A DNA stretch of 63,292 nucleotides from Peptococcaceae bacterium (GTDB taxonomy: Bacteria; Bacillota; Desulfitobacteriia; Desulfitobacteriales; Desulfitobacteriaceae), in the NCBI GenBank assembly GCA_031289735.1, contig JAITOV010000071.1, positions 1 through 63,292 of the forward strand, written 5' to 3'. Below are positions 25,005-36,153 of the stretch, one piece after another. The notes under the pieces were generated by a model. The model ran no database searches. It was not told the origin of the DNA and was given only the letters and a program-made list of their open reading frames with translations. Each line of letters begins with the position of its first letter. Position 1 is the stretch's first letter. A program made the position numbers and the translations under genes.

Positions 25005-26205
25005 AATGCGTACCCCTCTGTTCCCGGACAATGGCGTCGGCGATTCTAACCGCACGATCATGCGCCGCAACATCGTGCACCCGAATGATATCCGCTCCGG
25101 CAGCGATCCCCAACACATGGGCGGCCAGCGTCCCTTCCAGACGTTCTTCCACCGGCAAATCCAGCACATGGCCAAGCGTCGATTTTCGGGAAGCCCCCAG
25201 GAGAATCGGATGTCCTAAACTCTTGAATTCCGTCAGGCGAGCCATGATCTCCAAATTCTGCGCCGGTGTTTTCGCGAAACCGAACCCCGGATCGATGATG
25301 ATCTGATCGCCTGTTAAACCGTGTTCTTCCGCTATACCAATGCTCTGGCGCAAAAAAGAAAGTACATCCCCCAGCAAATGATGATAGTTCGGCTCTTGCT
25401 GATTATGCATGACCACGACCGGAACTTGATACTTTCCCAGCAGCTGCGCCAAGCGCGCGTCGCGCTGCAAACCCCAAACATCATTGATCATATGTACACC
25501 GAGATCTAAGGCTTGCTGAGCGATCTCTGCTTTCGAAGTGTCTACGGAGATCGGAATATCTATCTTGGTTAGCAAATCCGGCAGTATGCTCTCCAACCGC
25601 TCCCACTCTTGCCGCGCTGTGATCTCCCTCGCGCCATGGCGCGTCGATTCCGCGCCAATATCCAAAATATCGGCGCCTTCAGCAACGATCTGCCGCGCGC
25701 GCAGCACAGCAGACTCCCGGTCCACAAATTTTCCTCCATCCGAGAAAGAATCCGGGGTAACGTTGAGAATTCCCATGATTAACGTTCGCTTACCCAAAGG
25801 CAACAGATGGCCTCGGCAATCCAGCACGCGTTCCGGCGCAGCATCCACCACGTGTAATAACCGGGTGATCCACTCACCCAGGTCCCGCAAACCAAAAGGC
25901 TGCAGACGCAGTTGATCCGCCAGAACGCGCAATTGCCGAACCGTCCCCAGCAGTAATACATCGGTCTCCGCAACGCCCCCAACAATGACCTCCCGATGTA
26001 CGGCAGCGTCTCCGCCGGATGAAAGCATCTCTTGCTTGAGAATGTGCGCCAGACGCAACGGTACCCGTTCCAGTTTCAGCGCCCTGGCGATCCCTTTGTC
26101 GGCCATCTTGACAACGCCCATCGGATCCGCTCCGATCTGCGCGATCGCTTGGCGCGCCTCTTCCGTAGTACGCAAATCAATCCAGCGCAGTCCATAATGC
26201 TGCAC
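24991..26205 (-). CDS. folP: dihydropteroate synthase with an N-terminal extension of about 125 aa
   Basis: 404 aa. The pterin-binding core runs from ...IMGILNVTPDSFSDGG to GADIIRVHDV. The first 125 aa or so lie outside the canonical domain. Confidence 0.88.
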   Translation of the reverse strand: MQHYGLRWIDLRTTEEARQAIAQIGADPMGVVKMADKGIARALKLERVPLRLAHILKQEMLSSGGDAAVHREVIVGGVAETDVLLLGTVRQLRVLADQLRLQPFGLRDLGEWITRLLHVVDAAPERVLDCRGHLLPLGKRTLIMGILNVTPDSFSDGGKFVDRESAVLRARQIVAEGADILDIGAESTRHGAREITARQEWERLESILPDLLTKIDIPISVDTSKAEIAQQALDLGVHMINDVWGLQRDARLAQLLGKYQVPVVVMHNQQEPNYHHLLGDVLSFLRQSIGIAEEHGLTGDQIIIDPGFGFAKTPAQNLEIMARLTEFKSLGHPILLGASRKSTLGHVLDLPVEERLEGTLAAHVLGIAAGADIIRVHDVAAHDRAVRIADAIVREQRGTHYAGA

Positions 26206-26219
26206 AGGGCGCCTCCCTC

Positions 26220-27980
26220 CTAGAATAATCCAGACACTTTCCCAGTCTGCACGTCAACATCAATGCGCCGATACGCCGGATCTGAAGCTGTGCCCGGCAT
26301 CAGGGCAATCGTACCGGCCATTGGACATAAAAACTTGGCCCCGCCATAGACCAGGACATCGCGGATCGGCAGCCGCCAGCCTGTCGGGACCCCTTTCAAA
26401 GCCGGATCATGCGATAGCGAATACTGGGTCTTAACCATCATCGTACAAAAATCCGCATAATACGGATCCGCTTCAAAGGCCTTGGCTTTACTCTCCGCCT
26501 CCGGCAACCAATCCACGCCATCCGCTCCGTATATCTCCCGGGCGATCAGATCGACCCGCTCACGCAATGGCATCTCCAACGGATAGAGATATCTCAAATC
26601 CACCGGCTCCTGGGCCGCTTCGATCACAGCATCCGCCAATTCCAGCGCGCCTTCTCCGCCTTTTAGCCAGTGATAAGATACCGCGCAACGCACACCGGCT
26701 TCAGCCACAACCCGCCGTACGACTTCATATTCTTCTTCATGGTCCGCCGCAAAGCTATTGATGCAGACCACCGGAATAATCCCGGATTTTTTCACCGTCT
26801 GAATCTGATGCCATAGATTCGCGCAGCCTTTACGCACTAATTCCGTATTGTTCTCCGTGTACTCCGCCGCCAACGGACGAGCCGCGATGACTTCCGGTCC
26901 ACCGCCATGCATCTTCAACGCGCGAATCGATGTCACGATGACCGAGACATTCGGCGTCAAGCCGCTCAAGCGCGCTTTCACATTCCAGAATTTCTCGAAG
27001 CCAATATCTGCGCCGAAGCCGCTCTCTGTGACATGATAATCGAATATTTTCAAGCCGACCCGGTCGGCGATAATCGAAGATTGTCCAATCGCAATATTGG
27101 CGAACGGCCCCGCATGTACCAGTACCGGCTGACCTTCGACCGTGTAACATACGGTCGGATTAATCGTATTGCGCATCCAGGCGGTCATCGCGCCGTCTAC
27201 TTCCAAGTCTTTGGTCGTCACCGGATGGCCTGATTTATCATAGGCTAAAATGATTTGACTGATGCGTTCACGTAAATCCGCCAAATCGCGAGCGATCGAC
27301 AGAATGGCCATGAGTTCGGAACCCACAGCGATGCCGAATTTCGATTGCATCATGAAGCCATCGCTCTTACCGCCGATACCCATGATGATATTGCGCAGCC
27401 CTTGCGCCGCGAAATCCAGCACCCAGCCGAATTCTACCCGTTTAGGATGAATATCCAGGCGTCGCAAGCCCCGTTTAGCTAATTCCGCATCCGTGTAATT
27501 TGCTTCATGCTGCATGCGGGCGTTTAAAGCGACCATTGCCAGATTATGCGCATTCGTGATGTCATTAATATCTCCCGTCAAGCCTAAAGAAAATTCCGTC
27601 ATCGGTATGAGCAAAGCATTGCCCCCACCGGCCGCCGTCCCTTTCACATTCATCGTCGGCCCACCGGATGGCTGACGGATGGCGCCTCCCGCCTGAAATC
27701 CGCGTTTCGCCAAACCTTCGATCAAGCCCAGTGTCGTCGTGCTCTTACCCTCTCCCAACGGCGTCGGATTCACAGCCGTTATCTCAATGAACTTACCATT
27801 CGGTTGATCCTGCAAGCGTTGCATAATCTTCAGAAAATCGATCCTCGGCGTCTTTCCATAGGGAATGACTTCATCCTTCTCCAGATTCAGCCGCTCGATC
27901 AATTCTTCATAAGTTGGCAGGCTCTTCTCCGCTTCCTCGGCAATCTGCCAATCTTTCAGGCATGTGGGATCCCAAGGCAT
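26220..27980 (-). CDS. fhs: formate--tetrahydrofolate ligase
   Basis: 586 aa. [15 protein letters not shown]-loop, and FTHFS-family sequence throughout. Confidence 0.92.
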   Translation of the reverse strand: MPWDPTCLKDWQIAEEAEKSLPTYEELIERLNLEKDEVIPYGKTPRIDFLKIMQRLQDQPNGKFIEITAVNPTPLGEGKSTTTLGLIEGLAKRGFQAGGAIRQPSGGPTMNVKGTAAGGGNALLIPMTEFSLGLTGDINDITNAHNLAMVALNARMQHEANYTDAELAKRGLRRLDIHPKRVEFGWVLDFAAQGLRNIIMGIGGKSDGFMMQSKFGIAVGSELMAILSIARDLADLRERISQIILAYDKSGHPVTTKDLEVDGAMTAWMRNTINPTVCYTVEGQPVLVHAGPFANIAIGQSSIIADRVGLKIFDYHVTESGFGADIGFEKFWNVKARLSGLTPNVSVIVTSIRALKMHGGGPEVIAARPLAAEYTENNTELVRKGCANLWHQIQTVKKSGIIPVVCINSFAADHEEEYEVVRRVVAEAGVRCAVSYHWLKGGEGALELADAVIEAAQEPVDLRYLYPLEMPLRERVDLIAREIYGADGVDWLPEAESKAKAFEADPYYADFCTMMVKTQYSLSHDPALKGVPTGWRLPIRDVLVYGGAKFLCPMAGTIALMPGTASDPAYRRIDVDVQTGKVSGLF

Positions 27981-28031
27981 GATACATCGCTCCTTCCGTC
28001 ACATATTTTCCTGGCGCCCCCACGGAGGGCG

Positions 28032-28745
28032 TTAACTCTCAGCATCAAGCGGTTTGGCATATTTAAAATTGTAACTACCTTTATAAGACGAGATCTGAAC
28101 CGTTTTTTTAGTCACACTAATCGACATGCCGCCCCGCTCCTTCAGAGCGGACGCCTCCAGGCTCATAAAATAATCCGTCAAGTAATCCTGATTCCCGATC
28201 GCGGAAATCACATACGGAATACCCTCCCCTTGCCGGATCGGCACCTGATTGACCAGAATATGCATCCCACTGTTCACAATAGCTGTTTGTCCCACGATCC
28301 GCTGTCCGTTTACGCTAATGGCTTCCGCACCCGCAAAACGCAAGATATTGATGATCTCCATTAACTCACTTGTCGTCAAAGGAAATACAATCTTATGTTC
28401 CTGTCCGCGGTCGTCAATCTCAATTTGAATGCCTAAACCCTGAACGACACGCGTGCCATCCATAATTCCTAACGTATTCAGCAACGCTATTTCCTGTGGA
28501 TTTGACTCGCTATTCTGGATATCTTCCATATTCTCTATGAGGATCTGGCGCTCTTTCTGCAGCCGGTCATTTTCTTCCCGTGCCTTGGCCAGCACGATCT
28601 GAATATTCGCGATACGCTCCTGACTGATTTGATCAGCCTGAGTAACACTCTCCTTATGCGTCTGTATTTGCAAAGAGATGAGATAGCCCAGAACAATGGC
28701 GGCAATCGTCAGCGGGATAAGCAAATTTTTGTACCAAAGTTTCAT
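28032..28745 (-). CDS. DUF881-domain membrane protein (YlxW-like)
   Basis: 237 aa with an N-terminal TM segment, a coiled coil, then GLGIQIEIDD...IINILRFAGAEAISVNGQRIV, typical of DUF881. Confidence 0.75.
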   Translation of the reverse strand: MKLWYKNLLIPLTIAAIVLGYLISLQIQTHKESVTQADQISQERIANIQIVLAKAREENDRLQKERQILIENMEDIQNSESNPQEIALLNTLGIMDGTRVVQGLGIQIEIDDRGQEHKIVFPLTTSELMEIINILRFAGAEAISVNGQRIVGQTAIVNSGMHILVNQVPIRQGEGIPYVISAIGNQDYLTDYFMSLEASALKERGGMSISVTKKTVQISSYKGSYNFKYAKPLDAES

Positions 28746-28754
28746 GATCTATGG

Positions 28755-29453
28755 TCACTCCTTTCCCGGCTCAGCATAGCGATAGATGGGCAAGTTAGCT
28801 GACGGTATCATCAGCTCGTCGGCAATCTCCATCTTCCGGACAATTCCATATTTTTGCGAATAATCCCCTAATTCATCCCAGTAATAAAAATCCAAGGCTG
28901 TTTGCATACGAACGATATCCCCCACAGCCTCGATAATATAAGGCGCCATTTGACGGGATCCATTAATTTGGATAAAGGCCCCGCTACAAAAAATCTCCGT
29001 GTTGCCGGTCACGCGAGAGCGATTGATCGAAATGGCCTCCGCTCCGCCATGCCAGAGAATATTGACAATTTCCCGTATGTAGGCTTCATGTATCACGTAT
29101 TTAGACACATTTTCCGGATTCGTGATCTGTTCTGAGGAGTCATCCAGCGTAATGCGGACACCCGGCGCTTTGACACTGACTAAACCGGCGTTCATCTCGG
29201 CCTTGGCCAGTTGCTCGCGCGTTAAAGTACCTGTGTTCAGCCCTTCGTAATAATTCGCTAATTCTTGCTGTAGCCTGGCATTATCACTGGCCAGTTGTTG
29301 ATTTTCCAATTCGACCTGCACAACCACGAGAGAAGATGAACTCTCCGTTTGCCCCCCGGTTACACTAGGAGATTTCAACAGGAGCACAAGCATAAAGCCG
29401 ACCAGGAATGCGCCCAGCGCGGTGGTGTAATGGGCTTTCTTCAACCCTTTCAT
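28755..29453 (-). CDS. DUF881-domain membrane protein, tandem paralogue
   Basis: 232 aa with the same architecture (GVRITLDDS...IVNILWHGGAEAISINRSRV). Confidence 0.75.
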   Translation of the reverse strand: MKGLKKAHYTTALGAFLVGFMLVLLLKSPSVTGGQTESSSSLVVVQVELENQQLASDNARLQQELANYYEGLNTGTLTREQLAKAEMNAGLVSVKAPGVRITLDDSSEQITNPENVSKYVIHEAYIREIVNILWHGGAEAISINRSRVTGNTEIFCSGAFIQINGSRQMAPYIIEAVGDIVRMQTALDFYYWDELGDYSQKYGIVRKMEIADELMIPSANLPIYRYAEPGKE

Positions 29454-29544
29454 ACTTGCCTGCGCCTCCTTCCTTTTCGGCTATTCTTGCACGATTTTCA
29501 GCCCGCCTAAGCGGGCGTCTGGTAATATTCAGGAACGATCTTAT

Positions 29545-31476
29545 TTATTCTGGGATAACTTGACTATGACTCTGTTCGTCATCAGCCGGTGTAACCACGC
29601 CAGCATCTACAGCAGGGCTCTCCGTTCCACTTTCTTCCTGTTCTTCCTGATTGTCGTCAAATGACTTGCCGCGATGGCCAAATTGTCTAGCGATCTCTGC
29701 GAATTCTTTGGCCTCTAAGGTTTCTTTTTCCATCAACGCGTGCGCGATGGCATGCAAAAGATCGATATTGGTCTGAATTAATTCCATCGCTTTCTGATAG
29801 CAGTCTTCAATAATCCGCCGCGTTTCTTTATCAATCGCTTTGGCCACATCTTCACTGTAATTGCGGTCGCGCGAAATATCCCGGCCCAGGAATACTTGCT
29901 CTTCCTTATGTCCAAAGGTCAGCGGACCCAACGCTTCCGACATGCCCAGCTCGGTAATCATCTTGCGCACTAACCCGGTAGCGCGTTCCAGATCGTTCGA
30001 GGCCCCGGTACTGATCTCTTTCAATACAACGGCTTCAGCTACGCGTCCGCCTAATAATAATGTCACCTGATCCAGCAATTGCGATTTCGTCATATAGTTG
30101 CGGTCTTCCTTAGGCAATAACAAGGTATAACCGCCGGCCCGTCCGCGCGGAATGATCGAAACTTTATGCAACGGATCCGTATGCATCAGTAACTCACCTA
30201 AGATAGCGTGCCCTGCTTCGTGATAAGACACCAGCTTCTTCTCAAACGCACTGATCACCCGGCTCTTTTTTTCCGGCCCGGCAATAACCCGCTCAATCGC
30301 ATCTTCCAAGGAACGCATGCTGATTTCTTTCTCATTGCGCCGCGCCGAAAGCAAGGCGGCTTCATTAATTAGATTGGCTAAATCCGCTCCGGTAAAACCA
30401 GGAGTCCGCCGGCCCAAAACATCCAGATTAACATTTTGCGCCACCGGTTTCCCACGTACATGGACTTTCAAAATATCGACCCGTCCCCGTACATCCGGCA
30501 CGGACACCGTTACCTGCCGGTCGAAACGTCCTGGACGCAACAATGCCGGATCCAGAATATCCGGACGGTTGGTCGCGGCCACGATAATGATCCCTTCATT
30601 TCCGTTAAACCCATCCATCTCGACCAGCAACTGATTCAAGGTTTGCTCCCGTTCGTCATGTCCTCCGCCCAAACCGGCGCCACGCTGCCGCCCGACGGCA
30701 TCGATCTCATCAATAAATACGATACAGGGCGCATTCTTTTTCGCTTGTTCAAATAAATCCCTGACGCGTGATGCTCCCACACCCACGAACATCTCCACAA
30801 AATCCGAACCGCTGATGCTAAAAAACGGCACGCCAGCCTCACCGGCAACAGCCCTTGCCAACAACGTCTTCCCAGTCCCCGGAGGGCCAAACAGCAAGAC
30901 GCCTTTGGGGATCTTAGCGCCCAGCTCATTAAACTTCTTAGGAAATGAGAGGAATTCCACGATTTCCTGAAGCTCTTCTTTAACTTCATCTACCCCGGCA
31001 ACATCACTGAAAGTAATCTTTTTCTTATCCTCATTGGCCAAGCGGGCCCGGCTTTTGCCAAACTGCATCACCCGATTGCCCCCGCCTTGGGTCTGCTGCA
31101 TCATAAAGAAAAAGAGCGCTACAATTAATAACGTCGGCAGCAATGTCGTTAATAAAGCCGCCCACCAGGGCGCCTCAGCCGGCGTCGTATAATTCACCTT
31201 GACGCCATGCGCCTGTGTATCCGCAATGAATTGATCATCATTCAGCGGACCGGTCACTTCGTATTTATTGCCATCTTTCATTGTAACCGTATATTTGTTA
31301 ACTGATTTCTCCACCGTAGCGTTAACTTCGTCTACCCGGTTTTCGCTAACAGCCTGCTTAAAACTGTTATAGTCAATCGCCTGCGCTACAGGCGCCGGAG
31401 GCTTCATCATTCGCATCAACATGATTGCCAGGAGTATAATCAAGATATACACCGCAGCATTCTTAAAAAGCTTCAA
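29545..31476 (-). CDS. ftsH: ATP-dependent zinc metalloprotease FtsH
   Basis: Track ORF 29545..31494. The GGAGG lies inside the track ORF, so a TTG a few codons downstream is the likelier start. GPPGTGKT Walker A, DEIDA, the SRH region and HEAGH zinc site are present. Confidence 0.95.
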   Translation of the reverse strand: MKLFKNAAVYILIILLAIMLMRMMKPPAPVAQAIDYNSFKQAVSENRVDEVNATVEKSVNKYTVTMKDGNKYEVTGPLNDDQFIADTQAHGVKVNYTTPAEAPWWAALLTTLLPTLLIVALFFFMMQQTQGGGNRVMQFGKSRARLANEDKKKITFSDVAGVDEVKEELQEIVEFLSFPKKFNELGAKIPKGVLLFGPPGTGKTLLARAVAGEAGVPFFSISGSDFVEMFVGVGASRVRDLFEQAKKNAPCIVFIDEIDAVGRQRGAGLGGGHDEREQTLNQLLVEMDGFNGNEGIIIVAATNRPDILDPALLRPGRFDRQVTVSVPDVRGRVDILKVHVRGKPVAQNVNLDVLGRRTPGFTGADLANLINEAALLSARRNEKEISMRSLEDAIERVIAGPEKKSRVISAFEKKLVSYHEAGHAILGELLMHTDPLHKVSIIPRGRAGGYTLLLPKEDRNYMTKSQLLDQVTLLLGGRVAEAVVLKEISTGASNDLERATGLVRKMITELGMSEALGPLTFGHKEEQVFLGRDISRDRNYSEDVAKAIDKETRRIIEDCYQKAMELIQTNIDLLHAIAHALMEKETLEAKEFAEIARQFGHRGKSFDDNQEEQEESGTESPAVDAGVVTPADDEQSHSQVIPE

Positions 31477-31523
31477 CAAGGGGCCTCCTCTCAAGTATCA
31501 ACTAAAAACGCATAATATCGCAT

Positions 31524-31552
31524 ATTATATCATAGGGTAAATTCATTTACAA
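31524..31552 (-). promoter_or_regulatory. sigma-A promoter for ftsH
   Basis: Reverse strand TTGTAA-N17-TATAAT with a TG extension (TGATATAAT). Confidence 0.55.
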
Positions 31553-31574
31553 CGCGCTTGGGAGCCTAATGGAG

Positions 31575-33008
31575 TCATCCGCCGGAGCTGATTTGGGGAT
31601 TTTGTACCCGAAAACAGCAATACACCGGCGCCGCATCCCGCGATGCTTGTTCCAGTTCCGGTCTGAGGGAATCGCTGCGCCGAATACCTGGAATCCAGAT
31701 AATCTCCGTTCCAGATGCTACCAGCGGTATTCGCTGACGCAGCGTATCAGGTACTTCCGCTTCTTGAAAGACCTTCTTCAGCGCTTTATGCCCCAAGCCT
31801 TGAAAATACATGCGATCTCCCGGTTTTCGGTAACGGCAGACCAGTGCTGCCGCCGTAACGCTGTTTCGGTCTAACAGAATCCAACTGGTTTCCCGGGTTG
31901 GGGAAACCACAGGCGTTGCAGGGAACAGGCCGATCTCCGCCGATCCATCTGGCAATGGCGTCCAGACATCCCATTTTAAGAGGGTAAACATAGCGCCGCA
32001 AAGCGGTTCTTCTTTATTGTGCCCTTGAATACCCGGCTTAAACATCACCTTATCCTTGTGTACCGTCACGTGAAATCCGTGAAAATCTTGCCGCCAGTTC
32101 AGTTTTTGCCCTTGCCGCATAATCTTCTCCACCGTTGGAAAACCTGCGTCGTTCGGCTCAGGTATCACGCAGGATATGGCCGCGCGAATCAGGCGCGACA
32201 AAATCGCCGGGCTTTCCTGCCAGGCTTTCCTGCTCAGGGCGACCCCTCCTTCTATGACGGTTTCATCAGCGTAGTTCAGCCATAAGCCGCGCATCTGCGC
32301 TTGAAAATACTCTTCGTCCCAGCGCAGCAGCTCCGCCGTATGGCCCAGTGACTGTTGGATTCGCGGATTATACTCGCTCTCCAGTTGCCGCAATAATTCT
32401 AAGCGAATCTTATTGCGCAGATAAACCGCGTGGGTATTGGAAATATCTACCGCATAGGACAATCCTTCTTGCCGGCAATAGGTTAATATCTCTGTTTTAC
32501 TGCACGATAATAACGGCCGGATGACGTCATTGTTTTTGGGATAGATTCCGCTTAATCCCGCCGCGCCACTACCTCGAATCAAGCGGTGTAAAACCGTTTC
32601 CGCTTGATCTCCTAAATGATGCGCCGTCGCCAACATCGTACACCCCAATTGCCGCATATCTTCTCGCCACCGGGCATAGCGCCAAACCCGCCCCGCTGTC
32701 TGCACAGATTCTCCGCTCAGCAGCGCTTGGGTTTGCGCGTTAAACCGCTGCACCGTACATGGGATACCCCAACGTTGCGCCGATAGCGCAACCAATGCTT
32801 CCTCCGCATCAGATTCCGCGCGCAAACCATGATGCACATGTGCAATGAACAGCTTGATCTGTTTCTCCGGCGCTGCCAGTTGATAGCGCCGGAGTATATG
32901 CGCTAAGGCCATGGAATCTGGTCCGCCGGAAACGGCGATCAGGATTGCCGCGTTTGTTGGCATAAGGTCCGGTAATACGCCGGCACACAGTTTATCATAT
33001 ATGGCCAT
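31575..33008 (-). CDS. tilS: tRNA(Ile)-lysidine synthetase
   Basis: Track ORF 31575..33032. VSGGPDSMAL PP-loop. Full length including the C-terminal tRNA-binding domain. Confidence 0.9.
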   Translation of the reverse strand: MAIYDKLCAGVLPDLMPTNAAILIAVSGGPDSMALAHILRRYQLAAPEKQIKLFIAHVHHGLRAESDAEEALVALSAQRWGIPCTVQRFNAQTQALLSGESVQTAGRVWRYARWREDMRQLGCTMLATAHHLGDQAETVLHRLIRGSGAAGLSGIYPKNNDVIRPLLSCSKTEILTYCRQEGLSYAVDISNTHAVYLRNKIRLELLRQLESEYNPRIQQSLGHTAELLRWDEEYFQAQMRGLWLNYADETVIEGGVALSRKAWQESPAILSRLIRAAISCVIPEPNDAGFPTVEKIMRQGQKLNWRQDFHGFHVTVHKDKVMFKPGIQGHNKEEPLCGAMFTLLKWDVWTPLPDGSAEIGLFPATPVVSPTRETSWILLDRNSVTAAALVCRYRKPGDRMYFQGLGHKALKKVFQEAEVPDTLRQRIPLVASGTEIIWIPGIRRSDSLRPELEQASRDAAPVYCCFRVQNPQISSGG

Positions 33009-33047
33009 TTCCTCCTCACCGACCCGCTCCATAAGTATTCCACACCA

Positions 33048-35138
33048 TCATCCGTCGTGCCAAAAATTCTTGCGCACCACCAAGACCACTCCATCATCCA
33101 ACATCTGTTCCGCGCTAAGCTTGCGTGCTTGAACAATAATCTGCTCGGCTAAATCCTGCGCACTACGAAAAACCGCTTGCGGTAAAAACCCCGTTAACCA
33201 ATCGCTGCCATTCTGGAGCGGATCTTGCACGCCGTCCGTCACTAAAACCAGCGTATCTTCCGCATCGAACACCTGCGTCGTCACCTGAACTTCAATCTGA
33301 TTTAAAATTCCCGCCGGGAGCCCGCTAGAGGCTAGTACCTGGACTTGGCCATCATGCAGCAAATAGCTGGGAACCGCGCCCACTTTGATCATCTTGGACT
33401 GGTCGGATTGCAAATCTAGAATCGCCATATCAATCGTCACAAAACTCTCCTCCGGTGAGCGCAGAACCAATATGGAATTTAAAGCCTGGACCGCGCCATC
33501 GGGTTCAAAACCCGTATTCAAGAGTTGTTCTAACAGTTTCAAGGATAACGCGCTTAAACTTCCGGCTTTCTCCCCTACCCCCATCCCATCGCTGAGCACA
33601 AAAGCATGCTGGGTCGGATGAAAGGCCAAGGAAACATAATGGTCTCCGCAGATCAAGTTGCCTGATTTACAAAAACCGGCGCTTCCTACATCGAGCAAAC
33701 TTCTCCTACGGCGTTCCAGACTCGACGGCGGCGCCTGATCCATATTATGCCGCATGTGCAGTTCTTTGGCCAAATGTCCCATAATCTGAGCAACGCTCTG
33801 GAACTGACCGGACAACGCTTCCTGGTTTTGTGTCATTTGCTGCCGCCAAGCTTTTTGCCGCAACTCCTGATCCACAATGAATTTCACACCCAGGAGCATC
33901 TCCTTGGGTTTCCCGCATTGCCGTTTAAGCGCCGAAGGCAGATCCGTCATCTTAACCTGTGGATTCTCTTCCACGATAATCAGCAAATCATTCAAAAAAC
34001 GATACGCCTTGTAGAATTCGCGTTCCCAGCAACCATCCCGGGTCACACAATCCGCACACACCCGCTCGACCAGTACTTGAAATACCGCGCCAATGTTCGT
34101 CTGTGTCTCAGAAACCTCCGTTTCCGCCGCCGGATAGCCGGAAGCGATCTGCTGAAAAATCTCAGCCACCGTCTTGACCTTATTCACCATCGTTTCAACT
34201 TCCGGCACCTTCTTCGGCTTTAAATAATCCTTATCCGCCACAGGCCGCGGCCAAATAACGAAGGCCAGAAACCCGAGCACCGAGGAAATCAATTGCGGCA
34301 GGATCATATCCCGCTGAAAAAACACCGCAAATAACAACGAAGCAGCCAAGAACGCGGCTCCCATCCCCAAGCGGCCAAAACGGCGAAAAGCGCCGGTACA
34401 AAAGCCCACAACGCCAAAGATTCCGGCAGCGTATAGATTTTGCCGTTCCAGCTGCAATCCGGACAGAAAACCCAGCAAACATCCACTCCCGGCAGCCGCG
34501 CCACCTCCTTGACGTTCCGCGATAAAAAGCACAAAGAAACTAATCAATACGACCGAAATGCGCACCGGTCCGGTAGGCAATCCCTGTAAGCCGCTTAATA
34601 CGCCCACCAATAACAAAAGCCAGGCCATCCCTTGCTCCTGCGAAAATTTCCCGGTCCACAGAGCTGTTTGATTCGCTAAAGCGAACCAACAAATCACCGT
34701 TATACCCCCGGCAAAGAAGAATTGCGCCGCCAGCCAAAATAGCGGCAGCGTTCCTTGGGCCGGCACTTGCGAGCATACAAAGCTGCTCCCGCTGCTCAAG
34801 ATTCCAGTGATCAGCGCTAATAGAATGATTTCACCTTTTTTACGGCGCACACGGGGTAGAATCAGCCCCAACAAGGCCAACGTCACACTCGTTTGTACGA
34901 TGAATAAAGGCTGGCCTAGCGTCAGTAAGCCCAGCAAAAGACCGATGAGCCCAAATACGCGCCCTTGACTACTCAGAAACAACAAAGCAGCGCCATAAGC
35001 AACCCCAAAAGGATACAGTCCCAACAACTCTCCACGCGCCAGCAGGATACCCAAGATCAGCGGAATAACCGTGTTCAGCCAAGTCAACTTGGTGTTGAGT
35101 AAACCTTGATGGATCCGCAAAGTTGTCCATTCAGCCAT
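33048..35138 (-). CDS. spoIIE: stage II sporulation protein E (PP2C phosphatase with polytopic membrane N-domain)
   Basis: Track ORF 33048..35156. About 10 TM segments are followed by a PP2C domain (GDHYVS...SDGMGVGEKA...LVTDGV). Confidence 0.9.
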   Translation of the reverse strand: MAEWTTLRIHQGLLNTKLTWLNTVIPLILGILLARGELLGLYPFGVAYGAALLFLSSQGRVFGLIGLLLGLLTLGQPLFIVQTSVTLALLGLILPRVRRKKGEIILLALITGILSSGSSFVCSQVPAQGTLPLFWLAAQFFFAGGITVICWFALANQTALWTGKFSQEQGMAWLLLLVGVLSGLQGLPTGPVRISVVLISFFVLFIAERQGGGAAAGSGCLLGFLSGLQLERQNLYAAGIFGVVGFCTGAFRRFGRLGMGAAFLAASLLFAVFFQRDMILPQLISSVLGFLAFVIWPRPVADKDYLKPKKVPEVETMVNKVKTVAEIFQQIASGYPAAETEVSETQTNIGAVFQVLVERVCADCVTRDGCWEREFYKAYRFLNDLLIIVEENPQVKMTDLPSALKRQCGKPKEMLLGVKFIVDQELRQKAWRQQMTQNQEALSGQFQSVAQIMGHLAKELHMRHNMDQAPPSSLERRRRSLLDVGSAGFCKSGNLICGDHYVSLAFHPTQHAFVLSDGMGVGEKAGSLSALSLKLLEQLLNTGFEPDGAVQALNSILVLRSPEESFVTIDMAILDLQSDQSKMIKVGAVPSYLLHDGQVQVLASSGLPAGILNQIEVQVTTQVFDAEDTLVLVTDGVQDPLQNGSDWLTGFLPQAVFRSAQDLAEQIIVQARKLSAEQMLDDGVVLVVRKNFWHDG

Positions 35139-35167
35139 AACATCACCTCTTACCATTTTATGGTAAC

Positions 35168-35201
35168 ATTATACCTTATTTTGCCTGGCAACCCTGCCGA
35201 A
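35168..35201 (-). promoter_or_regulatory. putative spoIIE promoter with a Spo0A box
   Basis: A TATAAT lies at 35173-35168 on the reverse strand. A perfect TGNCGAA 0A-box (TGCCGAA, 35195-35201, + strand) overlaps the -35 region, and there is no good -35 hexamer. This matches what is expected for a Spo0A-activated promoter. Confidence 0.4.
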
Positions 35202-35293
35202 ACGTATCAGTTTTACGCAACAAATATCTTTAAGACTCCCCTGCATGTGTCAGGATCAGTCCGCAAGACCGCATATTCCTTATTTTTTTACAA

Positions 35294-35340
35294 AACAAAA
35301 AACTGTTCCCCAACGATCTTGCATCGTCCGACAACAGTTT
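35294..35340 (-). terminator. terminator after yabR
   Basis: Reverse strand AAACTGTTGTCGGACGAT...GATCGTTGGGGAACAGTTT followed by TTTTGTTTT. Confidence 0.55.
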
Positions 35341-35350
35341 GCCCTCACTA

Positions 35351-35734
35351 TTAATAGCGGCCCGAACCCCGGCCACCTCGTTTAGAATCTGTCGCCCGGC
35401 GGTATTCCAGTTGCCGCTCATCACTGTCTTTAATAAATTTAGCCAGCCGGTCCTCAAAAGAAACGGTTGGTGGACGACGTTCCCTGATCGTCTGCACTAC
35501 CCGATTAGCTTGTTTGATCGAGAGCCCGATTTTGCCCTTTTCATCCACTTGGATAACTTTGACCTTCACCTTATCCTGTTCTTTCAAGTAGTCCCGAACG
35601 TCTTTAACGTAGGTATCGGCCACTTCTGAAATATGCACCAATCCCGTCACTTTATCCGGAAGTTCAACAAAGGCGCCAAAACTGGTAATCCCTGTCACAA
35701 CCCCTTCAACAATACTGCCCACCGCAATGGCCAT
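35351..35734 (-). CDS. yabR: S1 RNA-binding domain protein YabR
   Basis: 127 aa. GSIVEGVVTGITSFGAFVEL...GLVHISE is an S1 domain, in the conserved position next to divIC. Confidence 0.85.
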   Translation of the reverse strand: MAIAVGSIVEGVVTGITSFGAFVELPDKVTGLVHISEVADTYVKDVRDYLKEQDKVKVKVIQVDEKGKIGLSIKQANRVVQTIRERRPPTVSFEDRLAKFIKDSDERQLEYRRATDSKRGGRGSGRY

Positions 35735-35832
35735 ACGAAGCAGATTCCTCCTTAAGTTCTTACACTGATTACATTATATCCATTCCGGCAAAAACCTGTC
35801 AAGGCTACTTCGGCTTCTCCCAAGGTTTTTTC

Positions 35833-36153
35833 TTATTTTTTAGGCGCAATGATGATCTCTCCATGCCGCACTAAACCCAGCTGTTCTCTGGCTAATTGTT
35901 CGATGTAACTCGGTGTGTTTAAACGGGCAATCTCTAATTGCAGTGATTTCTGCTCCGTCGTCAATTGAGCTTTTCTCTGGTTCAATTCGGCAATCTGCCG
36001 ATCCAGTTCCACACTCTGCTGCCAAATTTGCCAACCGACACGCGCCGCGCAACACAAAGCGATAAGACTGACCCCAACAAGGAGCCGCTTCCGTAAGGTT
36101 TTCTTTTTTGCAGCCGGACGGCTAGGATTCTGAGTCTTCTTCTTCACTGTCAT
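35833..36153 (-). CDS. divIC: septum formation initiator DivIC/FtsB family
   Basis: Track ORF 35833..36204. The ATG at 36153 (MTVKKK...) lies 5 nt after GGAGGTG. The protein has a basic tail, one TM segment and a coiled coil, ending in LGLVRHGEII. Confidence 0.8.
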   Translation of the reverse strand: MTVKKKTQNPSRPAAKKKTLRKRLLVGVSLIALCCAARVGWQIWQQSVELDRQIAELNQRKAQLTTEQKSLQLEIARLNTPSYIEQLAREQLGLVRHGEIIIAPKK

